A DNA stretch of 64,000 bases from Verrucomicrobiia bacterium (lineage in GTDB: Bacteria; Verrucomicrobiota; Verrucomicrobiia; Limisphaerales; UBA1319): assembly GCA_963664225.1 (NCBI GenBank), contig OY760937.1, positions 2,944,001-3,008,000 on the forward strand, written 5' to 3'. The translations under genes were made by a program, and so were the position numbers. Within the stretch, counting starts at the first letter, position 1, and the number at the start of each line of letters is the position of its first letter. Below the pieces are notes generated by a model that made no database searches, was not told the DNA's origin, and saw only the letters and a list, made by a program, of their open reading frames with translations. This document shows positions 19,828 through 29,700 of this stretch, in pieces.

Positions 19828-20538
19828 ATGAAGGGTAAAGATGAACATTCGGACAACAGCAAAGTATCCATGGCCCAGATTGAAGGATCGCTTGAATCAG
19901 CGGCCCGTTTCACGCGTGGAGGCGCTCCGGCAGCTCCAGACCATGATGCCACTGAGCGCGAGCGCTTTGCTCGAATTGAAGCGGAACGGCCACGACTCAT
20001 CCAATGGGCCAAAGCCAACGGCAAACTAGGCGGCACGATTCCTCCCGAAGATTCCAGAGGCGGTGAGCACCGCGTCTTTTATTGCAAAAAAACCGACCGG
20101 TATCTCAAGTCCACCATTCCCGAAAAACACAAAGGCTTCGGCATCGCACTGGGATCCCACACTCACGGGGCAACCCCTTCTGAGTATCTGGACCGGTTGG
20201 CCCTCCAAAATAAAATCTTCAACGACGATATCCGCCTTGAGTGGGTGGTAGTCAAAGAGGGCATGCCAGTTATCATTACTTCTCAACCTTTCATTTCAGG
20301 ATCACACCCGTCTCAAGAACACATTGACGAAATGATGATCGAGCACGGTTTTGAAAAAATTATTGCCGGGGCGTTTTACGATCGAGATGAGGGTTTATTG
20401 GTGTTTGACCTGTTTCCGAAAAATGCAAAAACGAATGCCGCAGGGGTGATCTGTCCATTCGATCCGGTTGTGCAACGCATTACGTCCGAATTTGCAGAAT
20501 TCTTGCGCGATTTTCCTGACCGTATTCATGACCGGTGA
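19828..20538 (+). CDS. Stand-alone polyvalent-protein-type kinase domain (Kinase-PolyVal-like)
   Basis: GGEHRVF, ATPSEYLDRL..QN.IF.DDI.LE, ITSQPFI.G, DLFPKN, FDP. Confidence 0.65.
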   Translation: MKGKDEHSDNSKVSMAQIEGSLESAARFTRGGAPAAPDHDATERERFARIEAERPRLIQWAKANGKLGGTIPPEDSRGGEHRVFYCKKTDRYLKSTIPEKHKGFGIALGSHTHGATPSEYLDRLALQNKIFNDDIRLEWVVVKEGMPVIITSQPFISGSHPSQEHIDEMMIEHGFEKIIAGAFYDRDEGLLVFDLFPKNAKTNAAGVICPFDPVVQRITSEFAEFLRDFPDRIHDR

Positions 20539-20741
20539 TGTAAGAGGTCGCAGATACTGCCTGTGTTATTTCGTCCTTGGCCAATCACGACCTCCCAATG
20601 CGGATTCTTCCGCGTGGAAAAGTCATTTGTTCCGCACCCCTGATACGGTTTCCACAGGTAATCATCCGTTGGCGAGGAGAGCCCCGGGAAGCTCCCCGCA
20701 GCTAACGGTGAATAACTGTGCCGCCGCCAAAAAATCGAGCG

Positions 20742-20770
20742 GTGAAAAACTTTTGTCGCCGGAGTATAAT
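20742..20770 (+). promoter_or_regulatory. Sigma70-like promoter for the bridge RNA/transposase
   Basis: GTGAAA (20742-47), 17-nt spacer, TATAAT (20765-70). Confidence 0.5.
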
Positions 20771-20775
20771 GCTTC

Positions 20776-20940
20776 TGGCGGCATCGCCCCGGATGGATCA
20801 CGGTCATACACCCCTTGTCTTAAGAAGACTGAGGAGAGTTTACCGGCCCGTCCGACGGCGCCTGTCAAAAAGTCTGAGAGAACTATTGCCCGCGAGGCTT
20901 CCTGTATCAGGTTGACTGACGACAGCGCTCCGATGCCCCG
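20776..20940 (+). ncRNA. IS110 bridge RNA (predicted)
   Basis: Basal stem GGCATCG/CGATGCC closes two stem/internal-loop/hairpin arms carrying target and donor guides. Confidence 0.7.
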
Positions 20941-20953
20941 TAACGGAGGATCT

Positions 20954-22204
20954 ATGAAATCATGGTTGGAGATATCCTGTTTTGCCGGATTGGATTGGGC
21001 CCGGGATCATCACGATGTGGTCATCGTCGATCGAGAGGGCAAGATCGTGGAACAGTTCCGCTTCGAGCATTCCCAGGAGGGCTGGGAGCAATGGCGGAAA
21101 AAGACGGCGCCCTTCGCCCCTTTGGCGGTGGCCATTGAGACGAGCTTCGGCACGGCTGTGGACCAGCTCCTGAGGGGGGAGGCAACGGTCTATCCGGTCA
21201 ATCCCAAGAGCGCCCAGCGGTATCGGGATCGCAAGGTGCCCAGCGGCAGCAAGACCGATTTTCTGGATGCCTGGTCTCTGGCCGATGCCTTGCGGATCGA
21301 CGGGCACGGTTGGAAAGCGCTGGTCCCAACGGACGCGCTGACCAGCCAGTTGCAGATGCTCTGCCGGGATGAGGTTCATCTCATCGGTCAGCGCACGCTG
21401 TTCGTAAATCAATTGCAACAAGCTCTCTTGGAATACTATCCGGCGGCCCTGGAGGCCTTTGAGGATTGGACCATGGCCTCGGCGTGGGATTTCATCATTG
21501 AGTTTCCAACGCCTCGTGCGCTGGTCAAAGCCGGCAAGCGACGGTGGGAAAAGTTCCTGCACGTTCATAAGCTCTGGCGGCCGGAAACCGCTGAAAAACG
21601 GATGGGCATTTTTGCACGGGCCGATCAGTTTTGCGGCTCGGCGGCCCTGACGGCGGCCAAGGGCACCCTGGCGGTGAGCCTGGCCAAAATGTTACGCACG
21701 TTGCAGCAGCAACTGGATGTTTATCACGCGCAAATCCAGGCCTTGTTTGCACAGCACCCCGACCATGACTTGTTCGGTTCGCTGCCCGGAGCGGGCTCGT
21801 TTTTGGCTCCACGGCTGCTGGGAGAAATCGGCGGCGGGTCGGGCCGGTTTGAAAGCGCACAGCATCTGCAGGGCATTGCGGGCACGGCTCCTGTGAGTTA
21901 TCAATCGGGACAAATCGACAAGGTCCGCATCCGCCACCACTGCGACAAGTTCCTCCGCCATGCCGTGCATCTGTGGAGCGATTGCAGTCGCAAGAAATGT
22001 CTTTGGGCACAGGTTTACTACCAGAAAAAACGGGAAGAGGGCAAAAGCCACGCTTGCGCTTTGCGGTGTCTGGGCCAGCGGTGGCTCAAAATCATCTGGA
22101 AAATGCTCCAAACCCACGCGCCCTACGATCCGGAAATACATGCCAAAAACCAGCAGCTGCATGGTTCGTGGGTGCTGAGTCTGCAGACCAAAACCGCCAG
22201 GTAA
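20954..22204 (+). CDS. IS110-family (DEDD) recombinase/transposase
   Basis: GGAGGA RBS; GLDWA, AIET, KTDFLDA (DEDD), SLPGAG, YQSG catalytic Ser region. Confidence 0.93.
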   Translation: MKSWLEISCFAGLDWARDHHDVVIVDREGKIVEQFRFEHSQEGWEQWRKKTAPFAPLAVAIETSFGTAVDQLLRGEATVYPVNPKSAQRYRDRKVPSGSKTDFLDAWSLADALRIDGHGWKALVPTDALTSQLQMLCRDEVHLIGQRTLFVNQLQQALLEYYPAALEAFEDWTMASAWDFIIEFPTPRALVKAGKRRWEKFLHVHKLWRPETAEKRMGIFARADQFCGSAALTAAKGTLAVSLAKMLRTLQQQLDVYHAQIQALFAQHPDHDLFGSLPGAGSFLAPRLLGEIGGGSGRFESAQHLQGIAGTAPVSYQSGQIDKVRIRHHCDKFLRHAVHLWSDCSRKKCLWAQVYYQKKREEGKSHACALRCLGQRWLKIIWKMLQTHAPYDPEIHAKNQQLHGSWVLSLQTKTAR

Positions 22205-22265
22205 TTTTGGTGAATAACTTTTATGAAAAACCATTTTACAACACAGAGAACAACTCGCCTTGCCC

Positions 22266-22637
22266 CTATTGGACGGCGTGGCGGTGTCGAACGCTTCTGA
22301 CCAATTCGAAAATGAGGCTCACGATGCCCACAACCCAGCCAATGGGATAAGGAAGGATCAGCATTCCCCACCACATGGAGTGTTTGCTCGCCCCGCCAAG
22401 TCCCCCCCACGCGCTCAGTCCGAAAAGCGCGCCGACCCCGACCGCGATCATCAGGAAAATGCACAACCATTGAACGCGCAGGTCGCGTCCGCTGTTGCCC
22501 AGGTAAATGCCGAGAGCCACCAGGCCGCTGCCGGGAAGGATGACGAGAGAGCCCTCCAGCGGATCGACGGCGCCAATCAACATGGCGATACCACCGACAA
22601 TGACGAGAATTCGGGACCAGAGCTTGCGTGTATTCAT
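22266..22637 (-). CDS. Small multi-pass membrane protein
   Basis: About four hydrophobic segments. Confidence 0.65.
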   Translation of the reverse strand: MNTRKLWSRILVIVGGIAMLIGAVDPLEGSLVILPGSGLVALGIYLGNSGRDLRVQWLCIFLMIAVGVGALFGLSAWGGLGGASKHSMWWGMLILPYPIGWVVGIVSLIFELVRSVRHRHAVQ

Positions 22638-22756
22638 GGAGTAAAGGCCGCCTGCGGCAGGATCAATTGAACTTGCACACTCCTTAAGTTGGTGATGCGC
22701 TTAATATAGTGTATAGAATCTATTATGTCAATAATAATAACATGCATAATAAATCC

Positions 22757-24010
22757 CTACTCGCTCCGGATGGCGGTGGCGGGGTCGAGACGGGCGGCGC
22801 GGATGGCGGGGAGCATGCTGGCGGCCATGCCGACGACGACCAGGACCAGACTGGAAACGATCAACGCGGACAGGGAGATGGAGAGGTGAATGTCGCTCTG
22901 CCCGGAGGTGTCCTCAAACAGCGGTCCCAATAGTGGGAGCGAGCCGATGATGCGCACGCTCAGCGCGGCCAGAACGCATCCCAGCACGCCACCGCCGATG
23001 GTCAGCGCCAGGCCTTCCACGAGGATCTGCCCCAGGATGTCCTTGCTGCGCGCGCCAATGGCTTTGAGCACGCCAATCTCGCGTATCCGCTCGGTCACGG
23101 ACACAAGCATGATGTTCAGCACACCAACAGCCCCGATGCTCAGGGTCAGTGCCCCGATGATGGACAGTAATATCTGCAGTCCCATGCTCAGGTTCGTGAC
23201 CAGAGAGCGAAATTGGTTCCAATCCAGGATGGTCACGGCCCGTTCGTCGCGTGCGTTGAAACGATGCTCGCGAGCGAGGGAGGCCCGAAGTTCGGCGATG
23301 AACCGGGTCCGGAACTGGTTGTTCACCGGCAATACCACAATATTGTTCAGGTAACGCGCGTTGGTCATGGTCGCCATGGTCGTGTAGGGAATCAGGGCGG
23401 TGACATCGTCGGGCGCGCTGTAGTTGCTGATCTGGGTTTTCTTTTTCAGCACGCCGACCACTGTGAAGCGAAGGCCGTTGATTTTAATGTCGCGACCCAG
23501 GGCTGGAAGACCGCTGAAGAGCTGGGTCTTCACATCGGCTCCGATGACCACCACCCTGCGGCGTTGCAGGATATCGTCCCCGGATAGAAAGCGCCCGGTT
23601 TCCATATCCATATGCCGGATCCGCTGAAACGACTGATAAACCCCGGCGACATTGTAACTGCGCGTGCGATACGCAAAATTCACCGGGAAGAAGCGCCTGA
23701 CCTCGGGGGAAATCGCTTCAATCGTGGGGACACCATCCGTAAGGGCCTTGATGTCACTGAATTCCAGACCGATCCCCCGCCCGGAGCGTTCGCCGCCTGC
23801 CTGCAGGCTGGTCTGTCCGGGGAAAATCACAATCAGATCCTTGCCGATCTGGTCGAACGCCTGGGTAAGCGCGAGCCCGAATCCCTGCCCATAGGAGAAC
23901 AGCAGCATCAGCGAGGCCACACCCCAGGTGACACTCAGCATCGTGAGCGCCGACCGCAGCCGGTAATGCCACAGCGCCTGGAACGCCTCACCTATGACAT
24001 GCCGCATCAT
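22757..24010 (-). CDS. MacB/FtsX-type ABC transporter permease
   Basis: LRSALTML, GVLNIMLVSVTERIREIGVLKAIGA, PAIRAARLDP; start 24010 or 24007, coupled to the upstream stop. Confidence 0.92.
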   Translation of the reverse strand: MMRHVIGEAFQALWHYRLRSALTMLSVTWGVASLMLLFSYGQGFGLALTQAFDQIGKDLIVIFPGQTSLQAGGERSGRGIGLEFSDIKALTDGVPTIEAISPEVRRFFPVNFAYRTRSYNVAGVYQSFQRIRHMDMETGRFLSGDDILQRRRVVVIGADVKTQLFSGLPALGRDIKINGLRFTVVGVLKKKTQISNYSAPDDVTALIPYTTMATMTNARYLNNIVVLPVNNQFRTRFIAELRASLAREHRFNARDERAVTILDWNQFRSLVTNLSMGLQILLSIIGALTLSIGAVGVLNIMLVSVTERIREIGVLKAIGARSKDILGQILVEGLALTIGGGVLGCVLAALSVRIIGSLPLLGPLFEDTSGQSDIHLSISLSALIVSSLVLVVVGMAASMLPAIRAARLDPATAIRSE

Positions 24011-25260
24011 TCGTGACGCAATGCCTCCACTGGCGCGAGCGCGGCGGCACGTCGCGCCGGATACACGCCGGAAATCAAACCAATGCCCACCAGGGTGCCA
24101 AAGGCGAGCCATGTGGTGGTGGCGGTGATGGGGAGTCCGGCAAACAGCGTGGGCAGTGGCAGCCGGCCCACGAGGTTGCAGACGATATGCGCGAATATAA
24201 TTCCCAGGGCCCCGCTGATGAAGGTCAGAGCGAGGGCTTCGAGGAAGAACTCGAGCAGGATGCGGCGTGACTTGGCGCCGATGGCTTTCTTCACCCCAAT
24301 CTCCCGGGTGCGCTCCGCCACAGAGATCAACATGATGTTCATCACACCCAGCCCGCCCAGGGCCAGCGTGACCACGGCGATCACACTCAGGAAGATCTGC
24401 ATGGAATCGTAGATTTTGGTGACCATGATGGCCTGGCGGACCGTGTCGTAAATCCAAAGCGAACCTTCATCGGTGGCCTTGAATCCGTGGTTGCGTCCCA
24501 GAGCCGCCCGCACCTGTTTCACGGCTTGCTCGTGATCCAGTGCCGTGCGTGGCGTGAAAATGATGTTATCGATGGCATCCACCCCCACGAAGGAACGACC
24601 ATCCGGGAAATACCGCGACATCGTGGAAAACGGAATGAGCACCTTGTCGTCGTCCTGACCGTTGTAACTATTATTCTGGTCCTTCTTCTTGAGCACGCCA
24701 ATGACCCGGAATGGAATGTCCTGAATCCGAACCTCGGCATCGAGCACGGGGCGGTCCGCAAACAACTGCTTTTTCACATCCGCACCGATCACGCAGACCT
24801 TCTGTTCGTTCTGCAAATCACCCAGACTTATGTGCCGACCCTGGCCGAGGTCCATGGAGCGGATGGTTTGATAGACGGGTTCGATGCCGTGGGTGGAAAA
24901 CCGGCCGGAATTGAACGGGCTGACCAGTTTCATAAAACGATCCAACTCGGGGGAAACCGCATCGACCAGGGGGCATTCCTTGCGGATGCGCTGCACATCC
25001 TCGTTCTTGAGAATGATCTGCCGCCCCGCCCGCTGGTCCCCGGCCTGCAGAGTTGTCCGGCCGCCCCACACGATGACGATGTCCCGGCCCATGACATACA
25101 GCATGTTCCGGTAGCCCTGGGCGAAACCGTCGCCAATCGCCATCATGAAGATGATCGAAGCCACGCCCCAGCCGATGCCGAACATGGTGAGGAAGCTTCG
25201 GAGTTTGTGCGCCCACACATCCCGAAAAGTCTGGGATAATATTTCAACCGCCCACGTCAT
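24007..25260 (-). CDS. MacB/FtsX-type ABC transporter permease
   Basis: KLRSFLTMFGI, GVMNIMLISVAERTREIGVKKAIGA. Confidence 0.92.
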   Translation of the reverse strand: MTWAVEILSQTFRDVWAHKLRSFLTMFGIGWGVASIIFMMAIGDGFAQGYRNMLYVMGRDIVIVWGGRTTLQAGDQRAGRQIILKNEDVQRIRKECPLVDAVSPELDRFMKLVSPFNSGRFSTHGIEPVYQTIRSMDLGQGRHISLGDLQNEQKVCVIGADVKKQLFADRPVLDAEVRIQDIPFRVIGVLKKKDQNNSYNGQDDDKVLIPFSTMSRYFPDGRSFVGVDAIDNIIFTPRTALDHEQAVKQVRAALGRNHGFKATDEGSLWIYDTVRQAIMVTKIYDSMQIFLSVIAVVTLALGGLGVMNIMLISVAERTREIGVKKAIGAKSRRILLEFFLEALALTFISGALGIIFAHIVCNLVGRLPLPTLFAGLPITATTTWLAFGTLVGIGLISGVYPARRAAALAPVEALRHE

Positions 25261-26456
25261 GGCAGCACCAGCTCAACGCCATCTCCCACACCCTCCACCA
25301 GCTCTGTTTTCTGCCCGTTGGAAATCCCGGTCTTGATGGGTATTTTCACAAATCCCAGCTTGGCGGCGGAGTCATGCTTTTGCACGGAAGGCTTGCCATC
25401 GCGGTCATAGACAATGGCGGATTCGGGAATCAGCAACACACCTTTCTTTTCCTCGAGAACCACCTCGGCATTGGCGCTCATGTTGATTTTCAATTTCCCC
25501 TCGGGATTCGCGATCCCCACGCGAACCTCGAATGTGCGGACGTTGTCCCGTTCCCGGCCCATCGGTGCGATTCGCGTGACCTCGCCCTTGAACGATTCGC
25601 CGGAGAAGGATTCCACTTTGATCCGCACCGGCATGTTGGTGTGGATCTTGCCCACATCCGCCTCGTCCACCTCGCCTTTGACATAGACGCTGCTCATGTC
25701 GCCCAGGGTCATGATCAGGGTGGCGGCGCTGCCGAGATTCAGAATGGACGAGACCGCGTCGCCAACCTCTGTATCTCGCGTCAGAACAATCCCTTCGATG
25801 GGCGAGCGGATCGTGGCATTTCTCAGGTTTTCCTCCGCCCGATCCAGCGCCGCCCTGGCTGCGGCAATGCGCGCCTGGGCCTGGGCGACCTGGGCTTCAG
25901 AGCCGATGACCGCCGCCTCCAGCATCTGCTTCCGGTTGGCGGCCACCTCGAGAGTCTTTTCCACGTCGTCCACCACCTGCTGGGAGGCAATTTTCTGAGC
26001 GAAGAGTTTCTGGGTGCGCTCAAAATCCCGGCGTGCAAAGCTCAATTCCGGATTCACCACCTCGATTTTGGCTTTTTCCTGCGCGGCAACCGCCATTTTC
26101 AAATTCGCCTCCTCACCGTCCAGGACCGCCTTGGCCTCGCGCAACTGGGCACGAGGGTTATCCTTATCCAGTTCCGCGAGAATCTGCCCCTCCTTCACCT
26201 TGTCGCCCACGTCCACCTGCAACTCCTGGATGATACCGTTGGCCTTGGATTTGACCGCCACCTTTGAGAGCGCCTCGATATGCCCGATGGCGACCACCGA
26301 GCGTGCAATGTCCCCCCGCTCCACACGGACCAGTTTTTCGGGTGGAATCGGCTTTGGCTTGTTTAAAAAGAGCCACATCAGGAGCCCCGCGACAATGGCA
26401 ATGCCCGCCAGCGCAAGCGCCAGTAATCCCCATCGAAAAGACTGCTTCTTCCTCAT
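25257..26456 (-). CDS. MacA/HlyD-type periplasmic adaptor (membrane fusion protein)
   Basis: N-terminal TM, VDVGDKVKEGQILAELD, coiled coil, IRSPIEG, VDEADVG. Confidence 0.9.
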   Translation of the reverse strand: MRKKQSFRWGLLALALAGIAIVAGLLMWLFLNKPKPIPPEKLVRVERGDIARSVVAIGHIEALSKVAVKSKANGIIQELQVDVGDKVKEGQILAELDKDNPRAQLREAKAVLDGEEANLKMAVAAQEKAKIEVVNPELSFARRDFERTQKLFAQKIASQQVVDDVEKTLEVAANRKQMLEAAVIGSEAQVAQAQARIAAARAALDRAEENLRNATIRSPIEGIVLTRDTEVGDAVSSILNLGSAATLIMTLGDMSSVYVKGEVDEADVGKIHTNMPVRIKVESFSGESFKGEVTRIAPMGRERDNVRTFEVRVGIANPEGKLKINMSANAEVVLEEKKGVLLIPESAIVYDRDGKPSVQKHDSAAKLGFVKIPIKTGISNGQKTELVEGVGDGVELVLP

Positions 26457-26716
26457 GGCTCTATGTCATCTGTAAATGGTGTGGTGCATGCTGAGACTCC
26501 CCGCAGGATTCCCCCGATCTGTTCCTTTTGGAACAAGACACAATCATCCAACGGGCGCTCAGTCACCAATAAAACACAGGATACCTGAAAAAAGTTGCAA
26601 CGAAATTGACAAGGCAGTTCAACGGCGCGCCACGCGATAACCCTGAATGCCGTGGATCGGATGAACCCCAATTCCCGGGAACACGCACTGCGTCCCGGGG
26701 TTCTCAACCAAGCCTC

Positions 26717-29700
26717 TTACGGATGAACTTTGATCCTGAACAGTTGCGGCGCGCCGGAGGGTTCCGCAGGTTCGGTGGCGTTCATGGTGCCGCCGCTTGC
26801 CCGTGTCCAATCCATCCGCGTGGCCCAATCCATGCCGTTGGTGCTGGATTCCAGCAGGTAGGCGCGTCCGGACGACGAGGTCCAGCCCAGATGCACCGCG
26901 CCATTGGTCTCGCGCACGGGCATGTTAAAGTGGAAGTAAGACTGGGCATTCGTGGGATTTGTGCCCGCGAGAAATTCCGAGAGATCGGTCTGGCCATCGC
27001 CATCCGTATCCAGATCGCCGGGATGACTGGCTTGCACGGAGCCGAAGTACTGCTGCTCCCAGACATCCGGAATGCCATTCTGGTTCACATCGACGAACTT
27101 GTAATCGCCAATTAACACCAGCTTCTGACCGACCACCAGGGTATTGGTTTGCGCCGCCGGGGTATCATAGAAGATCACCGGCTTGTATGTGATGACATAC
27201 TCGCCCACGGGGGCATTGGTCAGCGTCTGGCCCATTCCCTGACCGGCAATGCTGACGGGGCCTGAGAGGGTGTATCCCGCCTGGGCGAGGTTGTTCGTGA
27301 TGACGACCTCACCCAGAGGGGTGTTTGTGACGGTGATGGAGACATCGTCCAAAAGCCATCCCGGGCGGGCGAACTCGTCGAAGGAAAGCAGCCCGTAATA
27401 GAAGGCCACATTGACGATCTGGCCAATGTAGGGTGTGAGATCCAGTTCGGCCTGCTCCCAGCCGGCGGATACTTCATCCGAGTATTCGGCGAGTTGAATC
27501 CACGAGGCGCCGTTGTTTGTCGTGATATGGATCTGGCCATATTGGTAGATGTCCATGTCCGAAAGGCTTGAAAAATCATAGCTCTGCCAGAAGCTCAGCG
27601 TGGCCTTGTTGCCACCGGTCAAATCAATGGCGGGACTGATCAAGTAGGTGTCCGCCGTGTCGATGGCGGCTCCATTGATGCAGCTACCCCAGGCGTCCGG
27701 AGGCGAATGCGCCTCGGTTTCCATCCCGTTTTGCGGCACTCCCAATGTCCATGTCGTCTGCGTATAGCCCCCTTCCCCATCCAACACCGTCCAATTGGTC
27801 CCACCGGTGTCCATGTTATCCGTCCACGGGGGAACCACTGGGATGAGTGTGCGGAAGGTGTAAAGCTGGTTGTTGTTGTCGTCCACAGCCGTATTCCCCG
27901 CCGCGTCGCGGCTCACCACCTGATAATAGTATAAACGGTCGGGCACCAACCCGTAAATGGTCAGGTCATGCGTCGGAGTAAACTCGGCCGCATAAGCGGT
28001 GCGACCAAGGAATCTGGATTCGCCAAATTGCACCAGCGCATCGGTGTCCTTGGTGGTTTCCCAGGTGATGGTGGCCTGTTGATAGTCCGGTTCCACGGCG
28101 ACGGATGAGATGGTTGGCGCGACGGTGTCCACCAGTGCGGTGGCTCGGATGCGCGCGTTGCCGGAGGTGTCGTAGTATTCCGCCCAGACGCTGTCCCCGC
28201 TGTTGGCGCGCAGGAGATTTGCCGCCGGGGCATTGGTTGCGGAGGCCAGGGTGATGGATCCGCGGAAGAGTCCGGAACGCGTCGTTTCATGCAGTGTCAG
28301 AGTCGTGCCTTTGGAATCCGTGGTGCTGAACATCTGAACGTCCAGACTACCCTGACCCTCGAAGTCCGAGTCCGCCACTTCCACTGTAATCTTGGAGGGC
28401 AGTGTGTAGGCGAGGCTGTCCAGCGCGATGGTGGCGATGCCGTTGACGCCCGGCGCGAGGAAACTCAGGATGTTGCGCAGCAGGTTGGCGCGGTTGTTGG
28501 GCGCGGGATCGGTCATTGAGATGGCATCGAGCGGGAAGGAAAGGAACACCACGCGTCCCGTGCTATCCTGTCCGGTGCGGGGATAACGCAGCCCGGCGAT
28601 CTTGCCCGACGCGCCGTCCAGAAAGATCGGGGCGGCATTGGTGGTGGGGGTGATGGTGTCGGAGACATCCGGCCCCAGGTCGATGTATTCGACGGAAGGA
28701 TAAATGGAATAATCGAGATTGATCGCCATTCCCGAGGTGATCGGATCCTGTTCGATGCCATCCACCGATGGCACCATGACATCTTCCGCGAAGGTCTGCA
28801 CCTGCAATACATTGGTCATGAAGGCGCTCGTCGGTGTGGAGCCGCCATTGAGCCGGCTGAGCAGCTCCATCGAGGCAATCAACAGCGAACCGCCGCTGTC
28901 GAGATAAGTCGCCAGGGTGGCCTGCTGGGAATTATCCAGCGAGGTATCGCTCCAAAAACTGTCGTTGATCCGCCAGACCACCGCCCGGAATGCCCGCAGT
29001 TCATTGGTGTTAGGCGTCCTGCCCTCGGTGGCAACGTCCCACACTTCGTAGCTGACACCGGTTTCATCCAGAGCCGAGGTGAAATTACTCACCGGAATCG
29101 TGTCGGTGAAGCCATCGTCAAAATAGTCGTTCACGAGTAGCACGACCGCTGCGGGCGGCACTACGAATGAGTAGTATGCCCCATTATTATTGTTGGTGGA
29201 GGTGTTGCCAGCCGCATCTGTCGATACTACATAAAACCAGTTGGTCGAGTTGACCGGCAGGTTCGGCAGCACCACCTGGTGGTTCTGGCTCAATGCGCTG
29301 CCACCGGCAGAAAAGCCAAACGCGAGGTTCGTTCCATAATACACCAGGCTGCCGGCCGATTCGTCTGTGATCCAGGAAATGGTGGTGCGGCCGAATTGAT
29401 TGGTGAAGCTCACTGCGGAAATGACCGGTTTCACGAGGTCCGCGATCGCGGTGGCCACGCGAGTCCCGGCAGGCGAGGCGTCCTGATAGGTTGCCTCGAT
29501 GACATCTGCATTGGCGATATGCAGCCGTCCATCCGCCGTGATCGGCAGACTCGCCGTATCGACCCGACCAGTGAACACGCCGTTCGCCCCCGAAGCCTTC
29601 AGCGTTAAAACCATGTCATTGGTTTGCGAAGTAGAATGAATTTTCACCGGCACGGAAGGCTGGCCGGACAAATCGTAGTCGATCACCCGCACCTGGATTG

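Larger units (their letters stand above)
20640..22219 (+). mobile_element. IS110-family insertion sequence with CT core at both junctions
   Basis: Left junction GCACCC-CT-GATACGG, right junction GGTGAATAA-CT-TTTATG; ends inferred from guide matches in the left non-coding end. Confidence 0.75.

Noticed and set aside
20468..20953. 162-codon extension of the IS110 ORF
   Set aside because: It spans flank and bridge-RNA DNA; a strong RBS and ATG at 20954 precede the first catalytic motif.
20707..22219. GGTGAATAACT direct repeat as an 11-bp target-site duplication
   Set aside because: IS110 elements do not make long TSDs, and guide matches place the left end at 20640-20642, so the left copy is internal.
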